Virus record (IMG/VR): IMGVR_UViG_3300005253_000045
Coordinates: 1-64,000 of that record
Direction: 5' to 3' (one strand)
Length of the DNA stretch: 64,000 bases
Source of the DNA: a virus
The translations under genes were made by a program, and so were the position numbers. The notes under the pieces are model-generated. The model was not told the origin of the DNA and did no database searches. It was given only the letters and a program-made list of their open reading frames with translations. Of the stretch, positions 20,403-29,386 are shown in pieces; within the stretch, counting starts at the first letter, position 1, and each line of letters starts with the position of its first letter.

Positions 20403-20455
20403 GGGTTGTTTCTAGCCCTCTGATTGTGTTACCATGAAGTTAACTAAGGAGTAAT

Positions 20456-21424
20456 ATGGCATTTCCAGCAGCACCAACAGAATCGGGCAGCGCTAAACTT
20501 CACTTTCTAACGACTGACGGAAATGTCGCAGCCGGATGGTTCGCCATCGACACAGGCGCTACTGGCACCGGCACAAATACTGTTGGTTTTGCCGCCGTCG
20601 CTACTCATGTCCATGATGACGCCGCGGGTGCCCCTGGTGGTCTAACGACGACCAGTGTTCCGCTGGTACTTGTTGGTGGCGTTCGTGATGATGCTCTTGG
20701 CGGCCTAACACCCGTAGAAGGTGATGCTGTTTATCTTCTGGTGGACGCCAATGGCGCTCTTTGGACGCATGACAACGCACTAGACGCTGCCCTGGCGGGC
20801 ACGGAGCTTCAGGTCGACATCGTGGCCGCATTGCCCGTAGGCGCAAACGCTATCGGCAAGCTCGCAGCCAACTCCGGTGTCGACATCGGTGACGTGGACG
20901 TGACCTCCATCACGGGCCTCACGATGCTTAACGCTGCGGCACAGGTGACAGGTGACGAGGCTCATGATGCGGCCGACGCAGGAAACCCAATCAAGCTGGG
21001 GGGACGCGCACAGACTTCAGAGGCGCAGCCTGACGAAGTAGCAGATGAAGACAGAGTAGATGCACTCTTCGACCGTAGCGGCTATCTCAGAGTGCGAGGA
21101 GACTTCGACCCCAGCTTCGCAGACATCAATGACAGTGCTTCTGGAAACAACACTATCATTGCAGCGCAGGCGGCAGGGAAGCGTATCGCTGTCTGGGCCA
21201 TTCTCATTGTTGCAGACGGGACTGTAGATGTGCGCTGGGAAGATGGCGCAGCCGGTACACCCTTCACCGGACAGGTTCCTCTTCAAGCGCGTGAAGGCTA
21301 CAGTATCAGTGCTGGTGGTATCGTGCCTCTGTTCGTTGGCACCGCCGCTACACTTCTCAATTTGGAACTCTCGGCTAACATCGTTGTTCATGGATTTGTT
21401 AGTTATACAGTAATTGACGATTAG
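20456..21424 (+). CDS. Putative minor structural protein
   Basis: Gly/Ala/Asp-rich, LPVGANAIGKLAANSGVDIGDVDV fibre-like motif; SD TAAGGAG. Confidence 0.5.
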   Translation: MAFPAAPTESGSAKLHFLTTDGNVAAGWFAIDTGATGTGTNTVGFAAVATHVHDDAAGAPGGLTTTSVPLVLVGGVRDDALGGLTPVEGDAVYLLVDANGALWTHDNALDAALAGTELQVDIVAALPVGANAIGKLAANSGVDIGDVDVTSITGLTMLNAAAQVTGDEAHDAADAGNPIKLGGRAQTSEAQPDEVADEDRVDALFDRSGYLRVRGDFDPSFADINDSASGNNTIIAAQAAGKRIAVWAILIVADGTVDVRWEDGAAGTPFTGQVPLQAREGYSISAGGIVPLFVGTAATLLNLELSANIVVHGFVSYTVIDD

Positions 21425-21432
21425 GAGGAAGC

Positions 21433-21642
21433 ATGGCGCTGAAGGACTACAACAAGGCACAGGCCAAGAAGACCAAGAAGGAAACGGCCGCGCAAAGACC
21501 AGCCACACCCACTGGCGTAGCCTGTACCGAGCGACAGTGTGACGGGGAGATGTGCTGGCTGATGCCGCCTCAGAAGCACCCGCAGCTAACGGAATTGGCG
21601 CGGGCAGTATGTAGCGAATGCGGATGGAGGGGTTGGTGCTAA
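21433..21642 (+). CDS. Small Zn-ribbon protein
   Basis: CxxxxC...CxxC; SD AGGAGG. Confidence 0.55.
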   Translation: MALKDYNKAQAKKTKKETAAQRPATPTGVACTERQCDGEMCWLMPPQKHPQLTELARAVCSECGWRGWC

Positions 21643-22139
21643 GAGCCTACCTCGTCCTAGGGCCCGAATCCAGCGGGACTCGCATGATGACCGAGATACT
21701 CATAGCTGCCGGCTGTGTCGGCGACCCTGGGCACGACCAACACTTCGACCAGGAGTTTCCGACCGAGGAGACTATTGTCTGGCGGCGTAGTGTTCCTCAT
21801 GGGGGAGAATGGCCCCCCCTTGACCTGATGATTCATCGCCTCAAGCAATCGGGATACGCGGTCTTTGCTGTTGTGACAATGAGGGACTGGACGGCGATGG
21901 CTCGCTCCCAGGTGGAACACTGGAACCATAGTTTCGATAGCGCCATCAACAACATACGCACAGCCTACCCTTACATTTTCTCCTCGATGCTCAAGTTCCA
22001 GGTGCCCTATATCATGACCAGCTACGAAAGCCTGAAGGAGTACGGTCCGCAGAAAGACCTGTTCTCCGCTATCGGCTTGGAGGCCCCTGCCTTTGAAGTA
22101 CGAGATGAAAACCGAAAGCGACTGGAGGTAATGTCTTGA
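21618..22139 (+). CDS. Sulfotransferase-like P-loop protein
   Basis: LVLGPESSGTRMMTEIL (5'-PSB loop-like), VVTMRDW...S (3'-PB-like), TSYESL. Confidence 0.6.
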   Translation: MRMEGLVLRAYLVLGPESSGTRMMTEILIAAGCVGDPGHDQHFDQEFPTEETIVWRRSVPHGGEWPPLDLMIHRLKQSGYAVFAVVTMRDWTAMARSQVEHWNHSFDSAINNIRTAYPYIFSSMLKFQVPYIMTSYESLKEYGPQKDLFSAIGLEAPAFEVRDENRKRLEVMS

Positions 22140-22603
22140 AGATTCTAAAGGTGCGCATTCACCGGGGCAAAGAGGGCGAGGACATGATGGTGTACCCTAG
22201 CCGGTATCGGGCACAGGAGGTAGACCGCAACGGACTAGGACCGTTGAACGTCAACAAATCCAATGCCTACTCGGGGCATATTGCACGGGGCGGCGACGAG
22301 GCTTGGTGCTTAATCATCCTCGAAGATGAATTGGCCGACGAGTACGCTTTCGATAAGGACATGAAGATTATCACGCCACACGTCGCGGACGCTCTTATGG
22401 AAGAATGGCGTGTGGCGAAGGGCGAATCCGAGGAGGTAGTGCAAAGTCCTGAGCGAATGACGGCCATTGCCGCAAAGCAGGCGGCTGGTCTCTCGTTGTC
22501 GGCTGAGGACTTGCAGGCACTTGACCCAGCGCACCCGATACCCGGCGTGAACAAGAGACTGGCACGGAAAATGGTGGATTTTCTGCCAGCGTTGGGGAAG
22601 TAG
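22136..22603 (+). CDS. Hypothetical protein
   Basis: SD GGAGGT, TTG start overlapping the upstream stop. Confidence 0.6.
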   Translation: MKILKVRIHRGKEGEDMMVYPSRYRAQEVDRNGLGPLNVNKSNAYSGHIARGGDEAWCLIILEDELADEYAFDKDMKIITPHVADALMEEWRVAKGESEEVVQSPERMTAIAAKQAAGLSLSAEDLQALDPAHPIPGVNKRLARKMVDFLPALGK

Positions 22604-22604
22604 G

Positions 22605-23186
22605 ATGCCAAATCGAGTATGTATCTCGATTCCCACTAAGGGAAGTGTGCGGGCGGAGATGATGGAGTGGACACTTCGCGCCTTCGTTGAGTTAGCACCA
22701 GAGGTCGAGGTGCAGATTGTGAATGAGGGCTTGCCGCTAGAGCATGTGCGAAATGTTCAAGCGCAACGCTTTCTTGCCACCAAATGCAGCCATCTCTTCC
22801 TACTCGATGCGGACTGTGTACCGGTGCAAGGGACTATTCAGCGCCTACTATCACATGACCTGCCTATCGTGAGTGCCCCTCACCCGACGCTGAAGGGGCC
22901 TGACCGCGTATTGATGGCACTGACAGCGAGCAATGGCGCTTACACGGAACACCGGCCTCAACAGGGCCTACAGATGGTGGATGCCGTCGGCAGTTCGGGA
23001 CTTCTCATTGAACGAAGCGTATTTGAGAAGCTGCCTCGTCCATGGTTCCGTTGTCAATACGACGAGGATGGATTGTTATACCGAACCGAGGACTTCTACT
23101 TCTGCGAACGAGCAAAGGAGCATGGCTACGACATCTGGGCGGATTACGAGCTCGTGCAGGCGCACATCAAAGCAATGGCTGTCTAA
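22605..23186 (+). CDS. GT-A fold (GT2-like) glycosyltransferase
   Basis: CISIPT, RN, LFLLDADC (DxD), GLLIERSVFEKL.RPWF, TEDFYFC, AHIK. Confidence 0.8.
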   Translation: MPNRVCISIPTKGSVRAEMMEWTLRAFVELAPEVEVQIVNEGLPLEHVRNVQAQRFLATKCSHLFLLDADCVPVQGTIQRLLSHDLPIVSAPHPTLKGPDRVLMALTASNGAYTEHRPQQGLQMVDAVGSSGLLIERSVFEKLPRPWFRCQYDEDGLLYRTEDFYFCERAKEHGYDIWADYELVQAHIKAMAV

Positions 23187-23848
23187 TGGCGAACGTCATC
23201 TCGGGAGACCACGTAGCAGACAAGCACTACCTACACTCAGGATTCTCCGCATCAATCACGAGTAGCTACGCATCTCCTGACTCGCTGACACTAGGTATAA
23301 CTTGGGACGGCACGAATGTCCTCTCAGCAGATAACGTAGCTAAGCACTACCTCCACTCAGGATTCTCGGCATCAATTACGAGCAGCTACGCATCAGTGGC
23401 AAGCCCGACAGGTATTTCCTGGGACAGCGTGAATGTAGTCTCAGCAACGTCTCTAAAACACTATCTCCATTCCGGCTTCTCGGCGACAATCACCAGTAGC
23501 TATTCATCTCCTAGCAGCAACTCTCTTGGTATCACTTGGGATGACACGAACGTCATCTCAGCAGATGCCGCGGCAGACAAGCACTATCTCCATTCAGGAT
23601 TTTCAGCAAGCATCACGAGCAGTTACGCCGCCCCTGCTGCCGACTCGTGGGGTATTAGCTGGGATGGAACGAACGTTGTCTCGGTGGATATTGTTGCAGA
23701 CAAGCACTACCTCCACTCAGGATTCTCGGCATCAATCACGAGTAGCTACACTGCTCAGGGCAATCCGACGGGTATTACATGGGACGGGCGTTATGCGGCG
23801 GTGGCCGCCCTCGCAGCACAGCGCCTAAAGGTTGGGCATGGGCGGTAA
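23186..23848 (+). CDS. Five-repeat beta-propeller-like protein (true start probably ATG 23186, TAATG overlap)
   Basis: Five ~40-aa repeats NV(I/L/V)S...KHYLHSGFSA(S/T)ITSSY...GI(T/S)WD, conserved at DNA level (~120-bp period). Confidence 0.75.
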   Translation: MANVISGDHVADKHYLHSGFSASITSSYASPDSLTLGITWDGTNVLSADNVAKHYLHSGFSASITSSYASVASPTGISWDSVNVVSATSLKHYLHSGFSATITSSYSSPSSNSLGITWDDTNVISADAAADKHYLHSGFSASITSSYAAPAADSWGISWDGTNVVSVDIVADKHYLHSGFSASITSSYTAQGNPTGITWDGRYAAVAALAAQRLKVGHGR

Positions 23849-23860
23849 GAGGGCACAGTC

Positions 23861-23869
23861 TGCTATAAT
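23861..23869 (+). promoter_or_regulatory. Extended -10 promoter, leaderless transcript
   Basis: TGcTATAAT 6 nt before ATG 23876; no SD. Confidence 0.6.
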
Positions 23870-23875
23870 GTAACC

Positions 23876-24097
23876 ATGGGCAAACCAAGCTACTTCCGCA
23901 AGATACTTATCTCTATCGACCAACTCTTCAATACAATCCTGGGGGGTTGGCCGGATGAGACGATTTCCTCGCGCCTAGGAAAGAAGGCACGCGAGGGGAA
24001 CCCCTGGGCGAAGTATGCGTGCTGGCTCATCGGTAAGGTCTTCTTCCACAACACCCGCCACTGCTCTGAGGCGATAGAGGAGGATGAAGGTGACTAG
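23876..24097 (+). CDS. Conserved small phage protein (IDQxxN...PDETISSR...HC family)
   Basis: Motif recurrent in phage tail/lysis regions. Confidence 0.65.
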   Translation: MGKPSYFRKILISIDQLFNTILGGWPDETISSRLGKKAREGNPWAKYACWLIGKVFFHNTRHCSEAIEEDEGD

Positions 24098-24359
24098 TAC
24101 AGAAGCGCGTTTAGATACCATTGACGACGCCCTCGACCAGGTATTCGACAAGGTTGAACACCTAGCTGACTGGACCCACACGCACGATGAGGAGCACGTC
24201 AACGAGGACAAGCGAATGAACCTTCTCCTCACTCAGCTAACAGAGCATGACACCAACCACCACGGGCGGGCTTCAACTATCAAGCAGAGCGGATGGGTTG
24301 CAGGCGCCCTGACTATAGTCTACGTGGTCGCCGAACTTCTCCGGCAGTTCCTAATCTAG
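24084..24359 (+). CDS. Putative holin-like membrane protein (coiled coil + C-terminal TM)
   Basis: C-terminal hydrophobic WVAGALTIVYVVAELL; last gene of the + arm. Confidence 0.45.
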   Translation: MKVTSTEARLDTIDDALDQVFDKVEHLADWTHTHDEEHVNEDKRMNLLLTQLTEHDTNHHGRASTIKQSGWVAGALTIVYVVAELLRQFLI

Positions 24360-24667
24360 TCGACCGTTTCCCCCACCGGAGGCCCCTCTTCCTCAGTTTC
24401 GCCCTCCTCCTCCGAGTTCGTAGGAAGCAGGTGCACCAACTCTTGCTCGAGGGTCTCAGCCCGCTCTTTCCAGTAGTCCCGCTCTAGGGTTAAGGCTCCT
24501 ATACGGGCCATGAGGTCCTGGTTGGTAATCCGGGGCACCGCCCCTCCCATTTTTGTTAGCACTGCCTTTGCCCTCGCCGCGACGTTCGTGGCCTTGGATA
24601 GGGTTCGTGCAGCCATCCGCTCTGTAGCGCGCTTAGACCTGTCGCTATTCGGTTTCTTCTGGCTCAT
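24356..24667 (-). CDS. Hypothetical protein (start MSQKKP)
   Basis: SD GGAGGT before ATG 24667; stop overlaps the convergent + gene. Confidence 0.55.
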   Translation of the reverse strand: MSQKKPNSDRSKRATERMAARTLSKATNVAARAKAVLTKMGGAVPRITNQDLMARIGALTLERDYWKERAETLEQELVHLLPTNSEEEGETEEEGPPVGETVD

Positions 24668-25136
24668 TCGATACCTCCATCTTTCTGTTGTCTTCTCCGA
24701 TGTCCTCATTCTCGTAGACCATGAGGGTGAATGCCTGCCACGCGACGTGAGCCATGTGGGGCAGGCCGGAATCTGGGTCAATGGACTCCCCCGCCCTATA
24801 TGCCTCCACATGCCGCATGAGGGCCGCCAGAATGCGTCTGTAGGTCATTCCCCTCAGGTAATTCACATCGCCGTACTTTGCGGCGCCATGGGTGTAGACC
24901 TTAGCGAGCTGCTCCAGGGCGTACGGTGGGATAAGGTCAAAGCGCAACTTTTCGGAGTCGAACTTAAAACCACTCTTCGCTTCTTCTCTGTGCGCTCCGG
25001 GACAGTCATCTCCAACGTAGTGGGTCTCTCCCTGGTTAGGGGGATGGCAGACGTCACAGCCGCCTCTTCGCGCTGGAACGCCACAGCAGCCTACTGTGTC
25101 GTCATCGCAGTCTGTACAGTGTCGATTGGCGCCCAT
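24645..25136 (-). CDS. dATP/dGTP diphosphohydrolase (DUF5664-like) with Cys-rich N-extension
   Basis: GFKFDSEKLRFDLIP...GAAKYG..NY..G...ALMRH...DPDSGLPHMAHVAW. Confidence 0.85.
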   Translation of the reverse strand: MGANRHCTDCDDDTVGCCGVPARRGGCDVCHPPNQGETHYVGDDCPGAHREEAKSGFKFDSEKLRFDLIPPYALEQLAKVYTHGAAKYGDVNYLRGMTYRRILAALMRHVEAYRAGESIDPDSGLPHMAHVAWQAFTLMVYENEDIGEDNRKMEVSNEPEETE

Positions 25137-26078
25137 CTACTCCCCTCCCCCGATACGAAGCTCGGCTTCGAGTTGGTCTAACAAGTCTGCCATCCTACCT
25201 ATATGCTCCGGGGAGAACCTATCTATTATCGAGCCGGAGGTGTTGTGCTGCTGAATATGGATGGCCAGCGCGTTCTGGGCAGCGGTGGCTGCCTCTCTCA
25301 ACTTCGAGATTCGGGCAGTAGTCGATACGGCGCCGGCCGCATGGTAGCCGCGGTGGAGGAGCTGGTGCAGTGTCACCGGCCCATCGCTGCCATAGATGGG
25401 GACGTTCATCGTCAGGAGCTCCCCCATGATACTCTGGACGGACTGGGTCGGCTCTCCGAATGTCTGGCCATAGACGAGCTCAGGGTTCACGATGGTATTA
25501 CGGTCGACGAACTGCCCACAGATGTGAGTGCCACCAGACCACTGCTCCATGAACACCTGGTCATCCTGCCACCCGCCGTAGCGTAACGTCGGGTAGTCGA
25601 AGTCTGGGTGCTTGTCCCATATAGCGTTCCATAGAGGAGTACCACGGTCAGATACGGCCGAGGAGTTACCGGGTATGACGTAATTCCTCCAGGCGTTGTA
25701 GCTTGTGTATAGGACAGCCCTCTTGCCCAGCTCCTCTACCCAGTCGATGGCCTGAAGGATGTTGGGGATGGCAATACCGCGTAGTTCGACATCGACGGCT
25801 ACGAAATCAAGTGCGTCCCATAAGTCGTTAGGCACCCCGGCGCGTCCGGAGTCAATATGGTAGGCCCCCCCATAAACGTCATTCAGGCTGATATAGCCGG
25901 CTATGGAGAGCCCAGCCTCCTGTGCTGTGCGAAGGCTAAGGACTCGAGGCCCCGGCTGCTCTGTCGCCGTCCATAGGCACTGTACGTAGACAGGCCAGCG
26001 CGCACTCTTGAGGCACTGCGCCTCCTCAAGTGTCAGTTGGTCAAAGCTAGCATCGACCGCTCGTGTGGGTAGTGGCAT
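25137..26078 (-). CDS. Endolysin, GH25/DUF1906-like muramidase
   Basis: AVDAS at N-terminus, VAVDVE, VLYTS...W, LWNAIW, MEQWS...VDRN. Confidence 0.7.
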   Translation of the reverse strand: MPLPTRAVDASFDQLTLEEAQCLKSARWPVYVQCLWTATEQPGPRVLSLRTAQEAGLSIAGYISLNDVYGGAYHIDSGRAGVPNDLWDALDFVAVDVELRGIAIPNILQAIDWVEELGKRAVLYTSYNAWRNYVIPGNSSAVSDRGTPLWNAIWDKHPDFDYPTLRYGGWQDDQVFMEQWSGGTHICGQFVDRNTIVNPELVYGQTFGEPTQSVQSIMGELLTMNVPIYGSDGPVTLHQLLHRGYHAAGAVSTTARISKLREAATAAQNALAIHIQQHNTSGSIIDRFSPEHIGRMADLLDQLEAELRIGGGE

Positions 26079-26338
26079 TACTGGGTTACCTCCTCAGGGT
26101 ATACATCTCCATTGTCTAAGATTTTGCGGTCTTCGTAGGGCGCCGTCACACGCCGGTTGAACTCTGTCAGAGCCCCCATCAGGGCACCATTGATGTCGTT
26201 GATGGTCTGGTAGCAGAGGCCTTGCATAGCTAGGTAGGCCAATACTACCCGAGTGAGCGAATAGTTCAATTCTCCGGGTCGTATGGGGGGCAGTCTCCCA
26301 TCTAACCGCTCTCGTGTTTGTAGGTCAATGTATGGCAT
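26078..26338 (-). CDS. Conserved phage protein (MPYI...PGELNY...EFNRRV..PYED.KI..NGDVY)
   Basis: Recognisable conserved motif set, typical of nucleotide-metabolism regions. Confidence 0.7.
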   Translation of the reverse strand: MPYIDLQTRERLDGRLPPIRPGELNYSLTRVVLAYLAMQGLCYQTINDINGALMGALTEFNRRVTAPYEDRKILDNGDVYPEEVTQ

Positions 26339-26793
26339 TACACCGTCTCCTGCCTCGGCACCATCATGTAGGTGTCGATGAACTCTAGTGCCCCCTCGAG
26401 TGAGTCGGCAATGTAGGTCGAGATGCTGGCGACAAAGGCGTTCTTCCGCCCCTGCTTCCCCGCATCGATGCTAATGATGGGGATACCCAGCGCCCAGGCA
26501 AGACCCACCTCAATACACGACCCGTAGGAGGCCACGTCCGCGGTGAGCCATAGGAGCATGTCACTTATTTCAATACCATGCTTGTCCTTGAGGCAGATGG
26601 TATTGAGGGTCAGCTCGCTTTGGTCGTCTTGGATGTTCCGGCGCCGCTTCAGGGAGTCGTACTCGCCGGCGAGAGGGTCAATGGCGGCCCAGCCATACTC
26701 TGCGAGGGCGGCCGTTGCCTCCTCCCGCTCCTCCCGCATCTCCTTAGTAGAGCGCCCAGTCACCGAGCCACATAGATAGATTCGTAGGCTCAC
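26338..26793 (-). CDS. Nucleoside 2-deoxyribosyltransferase / N-glycosidase family protein
   Basis: IYLCGSV...IDP...D...I..SD...SYGSCIEVGLAWALGIPII. Confidence 0.8.
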   Translation of the reverse strand: MSLRIYLCGSVTGRSTKEMREEREEATAALAEYGWAAIDPLAGEYDSLKRRRNIQDDQSELTLNTICLKDKHGIEISDMLLWLTADVASYGSCIEVGLAWALGIPIISIDAGKQGRKNAFVASISTYIADSLEGALEFIDTYMMVPRQETV

Positions 26794-26883
26794 AGAGTTC
26801 TCCTTAGGAGCTGGAAGACGAAGATAGCGGCCGTGGCCCCGAAGGAACCAACAGCGCCCAGGAAGATAGACTCCTTGATGAGG

Positions 26884-27780
26884 TCAATCATCAGGGGCCT
26901 CCTTTACGCGAATTGCCTTTAGATTTTTCTTCCTTTTACTTACCGGCCATGTGATAGAGACCCCTATTTGGCCGTAATTGTCATTGGAGTCGGCATGTCC
27001 TGTAATGGCGAAGTTATGCGCGTATATACCCCAGGAGCGACGGGAGCCACCGTTACTGGAGAAAATACGGGGGCCTCTATGGGGGCCGGTTCTACGTAAG
27101 GCTTCCCCCTGGGCTTTCCGATATTCATTCGTCTCCTCCTCTGATAATGGGGGCATTCCTGCCTTTACGGGTACCTCGTACCTGTTCTTCAGCGCGTCTA
27201 TAAGACTCTTGGCGGGAATTATCGAAGCCACGTAGTTCTTTCTTGCTGACGGGTTTATCTTGTCGAAAATGTGGACGCACTGTAGTACAATAGTCGGCAC
27301 TTCTGCTGAGCTATTCCACGCTATATAGTCGGTACATTCTCTACGGCAAGTATCAAAATCAAGCCATAAGGACTCTATTCGGGCATGCTGAACCCGCCAT
27401 CCCTCTTCATAAGGGCGTATGGCGCCCCATAGAGTAGTGGAGGCATAGATACTACCAGTTCTCTCTGCTTGTAGGGAAAGTACGTTACGAGCAGCGTAGA
27501 TGCCACATCCACAATTAGTTTGAGGAGCAAGTAAGTGCTTCTCTGCTCTTTTTCTCGTATCTGATAGGTACTCATTGACGAGAGGAAGAGAAATACGGCC
27601 TTCATCATCGCGCCAGCATTGTGAATGTAAAGCCCTTCCAGGTATCCAGCACTCAGCCGTGAGCTCTCGCTGTATCCAATCCGACCAGATTCCTTGTAGT
27701 ACTATTTTATCGTCGGCGTCCTTACAAACGGAAAATGCTCGCCAGCCGGTAATCATTGATGCACCTCCTAGTACATACAA
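26884..27780 (-). CDS. Hypothetical phage protein (GWRAF...CGCGIYAA...LWG...GWR...ARI family)
   Basis: Conserved motif family seen in phages; visibly more AT-rich than neighbours. Confidence 0.6.
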   Translation of the reverse strand: MYVLGGASMITGWRAFSVCKDADDKIVLQGIWSDWIQRELTAECWIPGRALHSQCWRDDEGRISLPLVNEYLSDTRKRAEKHLLAPQTNCGCGIYAARNVLSLQAERTGSIYASTTLWGAIRPYEEGWRVQHARIESLWLDFDTCRRECTDYIAWNSSAEVPTIVLQCVHIFDKINPSARKNYVASIIPAKSLIDALKNRYEVPVKAGMPPLSEEETNEYRKAQGEALRRTGPHRGPRIFSSNGGSRRSWGIYAHNFAITGHADSNDNYGQIGVSITWPVSKRKKNLKAIRVKEAPDD

Positions 27781-27805
27781 CGGCTCGAAGCCGAAAGTGT
27801 TACAC

Positions 27806-28960
27806 CTAGCGCTTAATGATGTTGATGTCCCTCACTTCTTCTGCGGAAGCCAGATGGATTCGGTGGCGGTGGGTAATGCCCTTATCTGGGTGAACGAAGA
27901 ACATCTCTTGACTCGGGCGGTTGGCCCGCGGCCGGCGCATCTTTAGGGCCAGTAGGGACGGGCCAACGAAGCAGCCGTTGCTGATAACGTCGCCATCAAT
28001 CTCTTCCTCGCGCTCTGAGGCGGTGTGGTGGTGACCCAACACCATGTAGTTGAGAACCTGGCCTACGATAGAGTTCATAGCCAACTTGTTCTCTACTACT
28101 CCAGTGTAGGTGGCGTGTAGGTTCACCCCATCTCCATGGCGGAGGTAGAAAGAGTAGCCAAGAATGTCCACTATCTGGAAGAAGGAGGGACTGATGTCGA
28201 ACGTGAACTTGCCCGGCGCCGCCAACTCGCAGCGGGCGGCGATAGTCTGCCACGCCATAAGCTCGATGTTGTCCGGGTCGAACGCATCCTTCTTACTGCC
28301 AGACATACGGCCGTGGTTACCAAACACCTTATACACATGAATCTTCTCGAACCGGGACTGGAGAGAGACGAGGACGTCAGTCATGTCGGCGACGAAACCA
28401 AGGAACTGGAAGTATGGGGACAACTCCATCTCCATCGCCTGGGTGCCATACATATGGCCGTTGCCCTCCATGTCGTCGCCAAGGGCGAGGATGTGGAGAA
28501 CAGGGACGTCTAGAGTCGTTTGCATCATTTGCGTGAAACGTAACACTCCGTCCCGCCAGTCGGTTAGGCGGTAGCGGGCGGTGGCGACGTCGTAACCACC
28601 GATACCCCCAGTCACCTCTGGGTCTACCTTACTTCCAAAGTGGTAGTCAGAGAAGCAGGCAATCGCGTGCTGTGCTGTCTTGAACCCCATATCCTCCACC
28701 TTAGTAGCGAGAATCTTGGCGGGTACAGGGGGTAGGGGGACGCGCTCTGTGAGGAGCTTCGAGGCCCTCTCCTCGAACTCCTCGGTGGTCATGCCCTGCT
28801 CGACCTTGGCTGTAGTGGTCTTGTTCGTCGGGGCGTTCCTATTGGCGTAGGCAAGCTGGGCCGCACGTATGCGGCACTTGTCGCTACAGTATATTGACTT
28901 CTCTCGGGTGGGCGTGGAACACTTGGTGTAGGCGCACTTAGCTTTAACCATGCTATTCAT
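27806..28960 (-). CDS. Calcineurin-like metallophosphoesterase with N-terminal Zn finger
   Basis: SDYHFG, LGDDMEG, GNHG, RHGD, GHHH. Confidence 0.85.
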   Translation of the reverse strand: MNSMVKAKCAYTKCSTPTREKSIYCSDKCRIRAAQLAYANRNAPTNKTTTAKVEQGMTTEEFEERASKLLTERVPLPPVPAKILATKVEDMGFKTAQHAIACFSDYHFGSKVDPEVTGGIGGYDVATARYRLTDWRDGVLRFTQMMQTTLDVPVLHILALGDDMEGNGHMYGTQAMEMELSPYFQFLGFVADMTDVLVSLQSRFEKIHVYKVFGNHGRMSGSKKDAFDPDNIELMAWQTIAARCELAAPGKFTFDISPSFFQIVDILGYSFYLRHGDGVNLHATYTGVVENKLAMNSIVGQVLNYMVLGHHHTASEREEEIDGDVISNGCFVGPSLLALKMRRPRANRPSQEMFFVHPDKGITHRHRIHLASAEEVRDINIIKR

Positions 28961-29384
28961 TATACCCTTTCATACCGGGAAGAAGCAAGTCTGAACCCGG
29001 GCTCTTAGGTACGACTATACCGCTTTCTGTTGTCTTATCGCCAATGAGGGGCTCGTATCGCGGCACTAGGTCTATGTCGATAGCGTTGGGCGTGTCCTCA
29101 GCCGGCTTGATACTGAGGCCGAGGCCCCGCGCTATCACGTCGATGAGTGCCCGCCGTACGTCGTCAGGCAGGCTGTTCAGTGCATCGCCCCAATAGCCAA
29201 CCATCAAGCGCATGTTCTGGTGTGTGAGGGCCAGGAGACTGTCTCTCATCGCCAGCGCCCACGCCTGGAACTCAGTCTCGGCCTTGACCTCTAGCACCTT
29301 GTCCATGTGCGGGTGCCAGGATGTTGCTGGGATGTGCATTGTGACCTTGATGGTCGCCTGTTTGTTCTCACACTTTTTCGTCAT
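28953..29384 (-). CDS. Hypothetical protein
   Basis: ORF in operon with overlapping junctions. Confidence 0.55.
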   Translation of the reverse strand: MTKKCENKQATIKVTMHIPATSWHPHMDKVLEVKAETEFQAWALAMRDSLLALTHQNMRLMVGYWGDALNSLPDDVRRALIDVIARGLGLSIKPAEDTPNAIDIDLVPRYEPLIGDKTTESGIVVPKSPGSDLLLPGMKGYNE

Positions 29385-29386
29385 AG

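Noticed and set aside
23042-23185. N-terminal 48 aa of the ORF-track call 23042-23848
   Set aside because: Overlaps the glycosyltransferase; repeats start at the TAATG-coupled ATG 23186
23186-23848. DGR template/variable repeats or CRISPR array
   Set aside because: Repeats are in-frame coding units, differences are not adenine-specific, and no reverse transcriptase or cas gene is in the window
24510-25181. 223-aa + strand ORF and other long antisense ORFs (e.g. 36645-37217, 39559-40098, 7195-7770)
   Set aside because: Shadows of well-supported genes on the opposite strand; no motifs or SD
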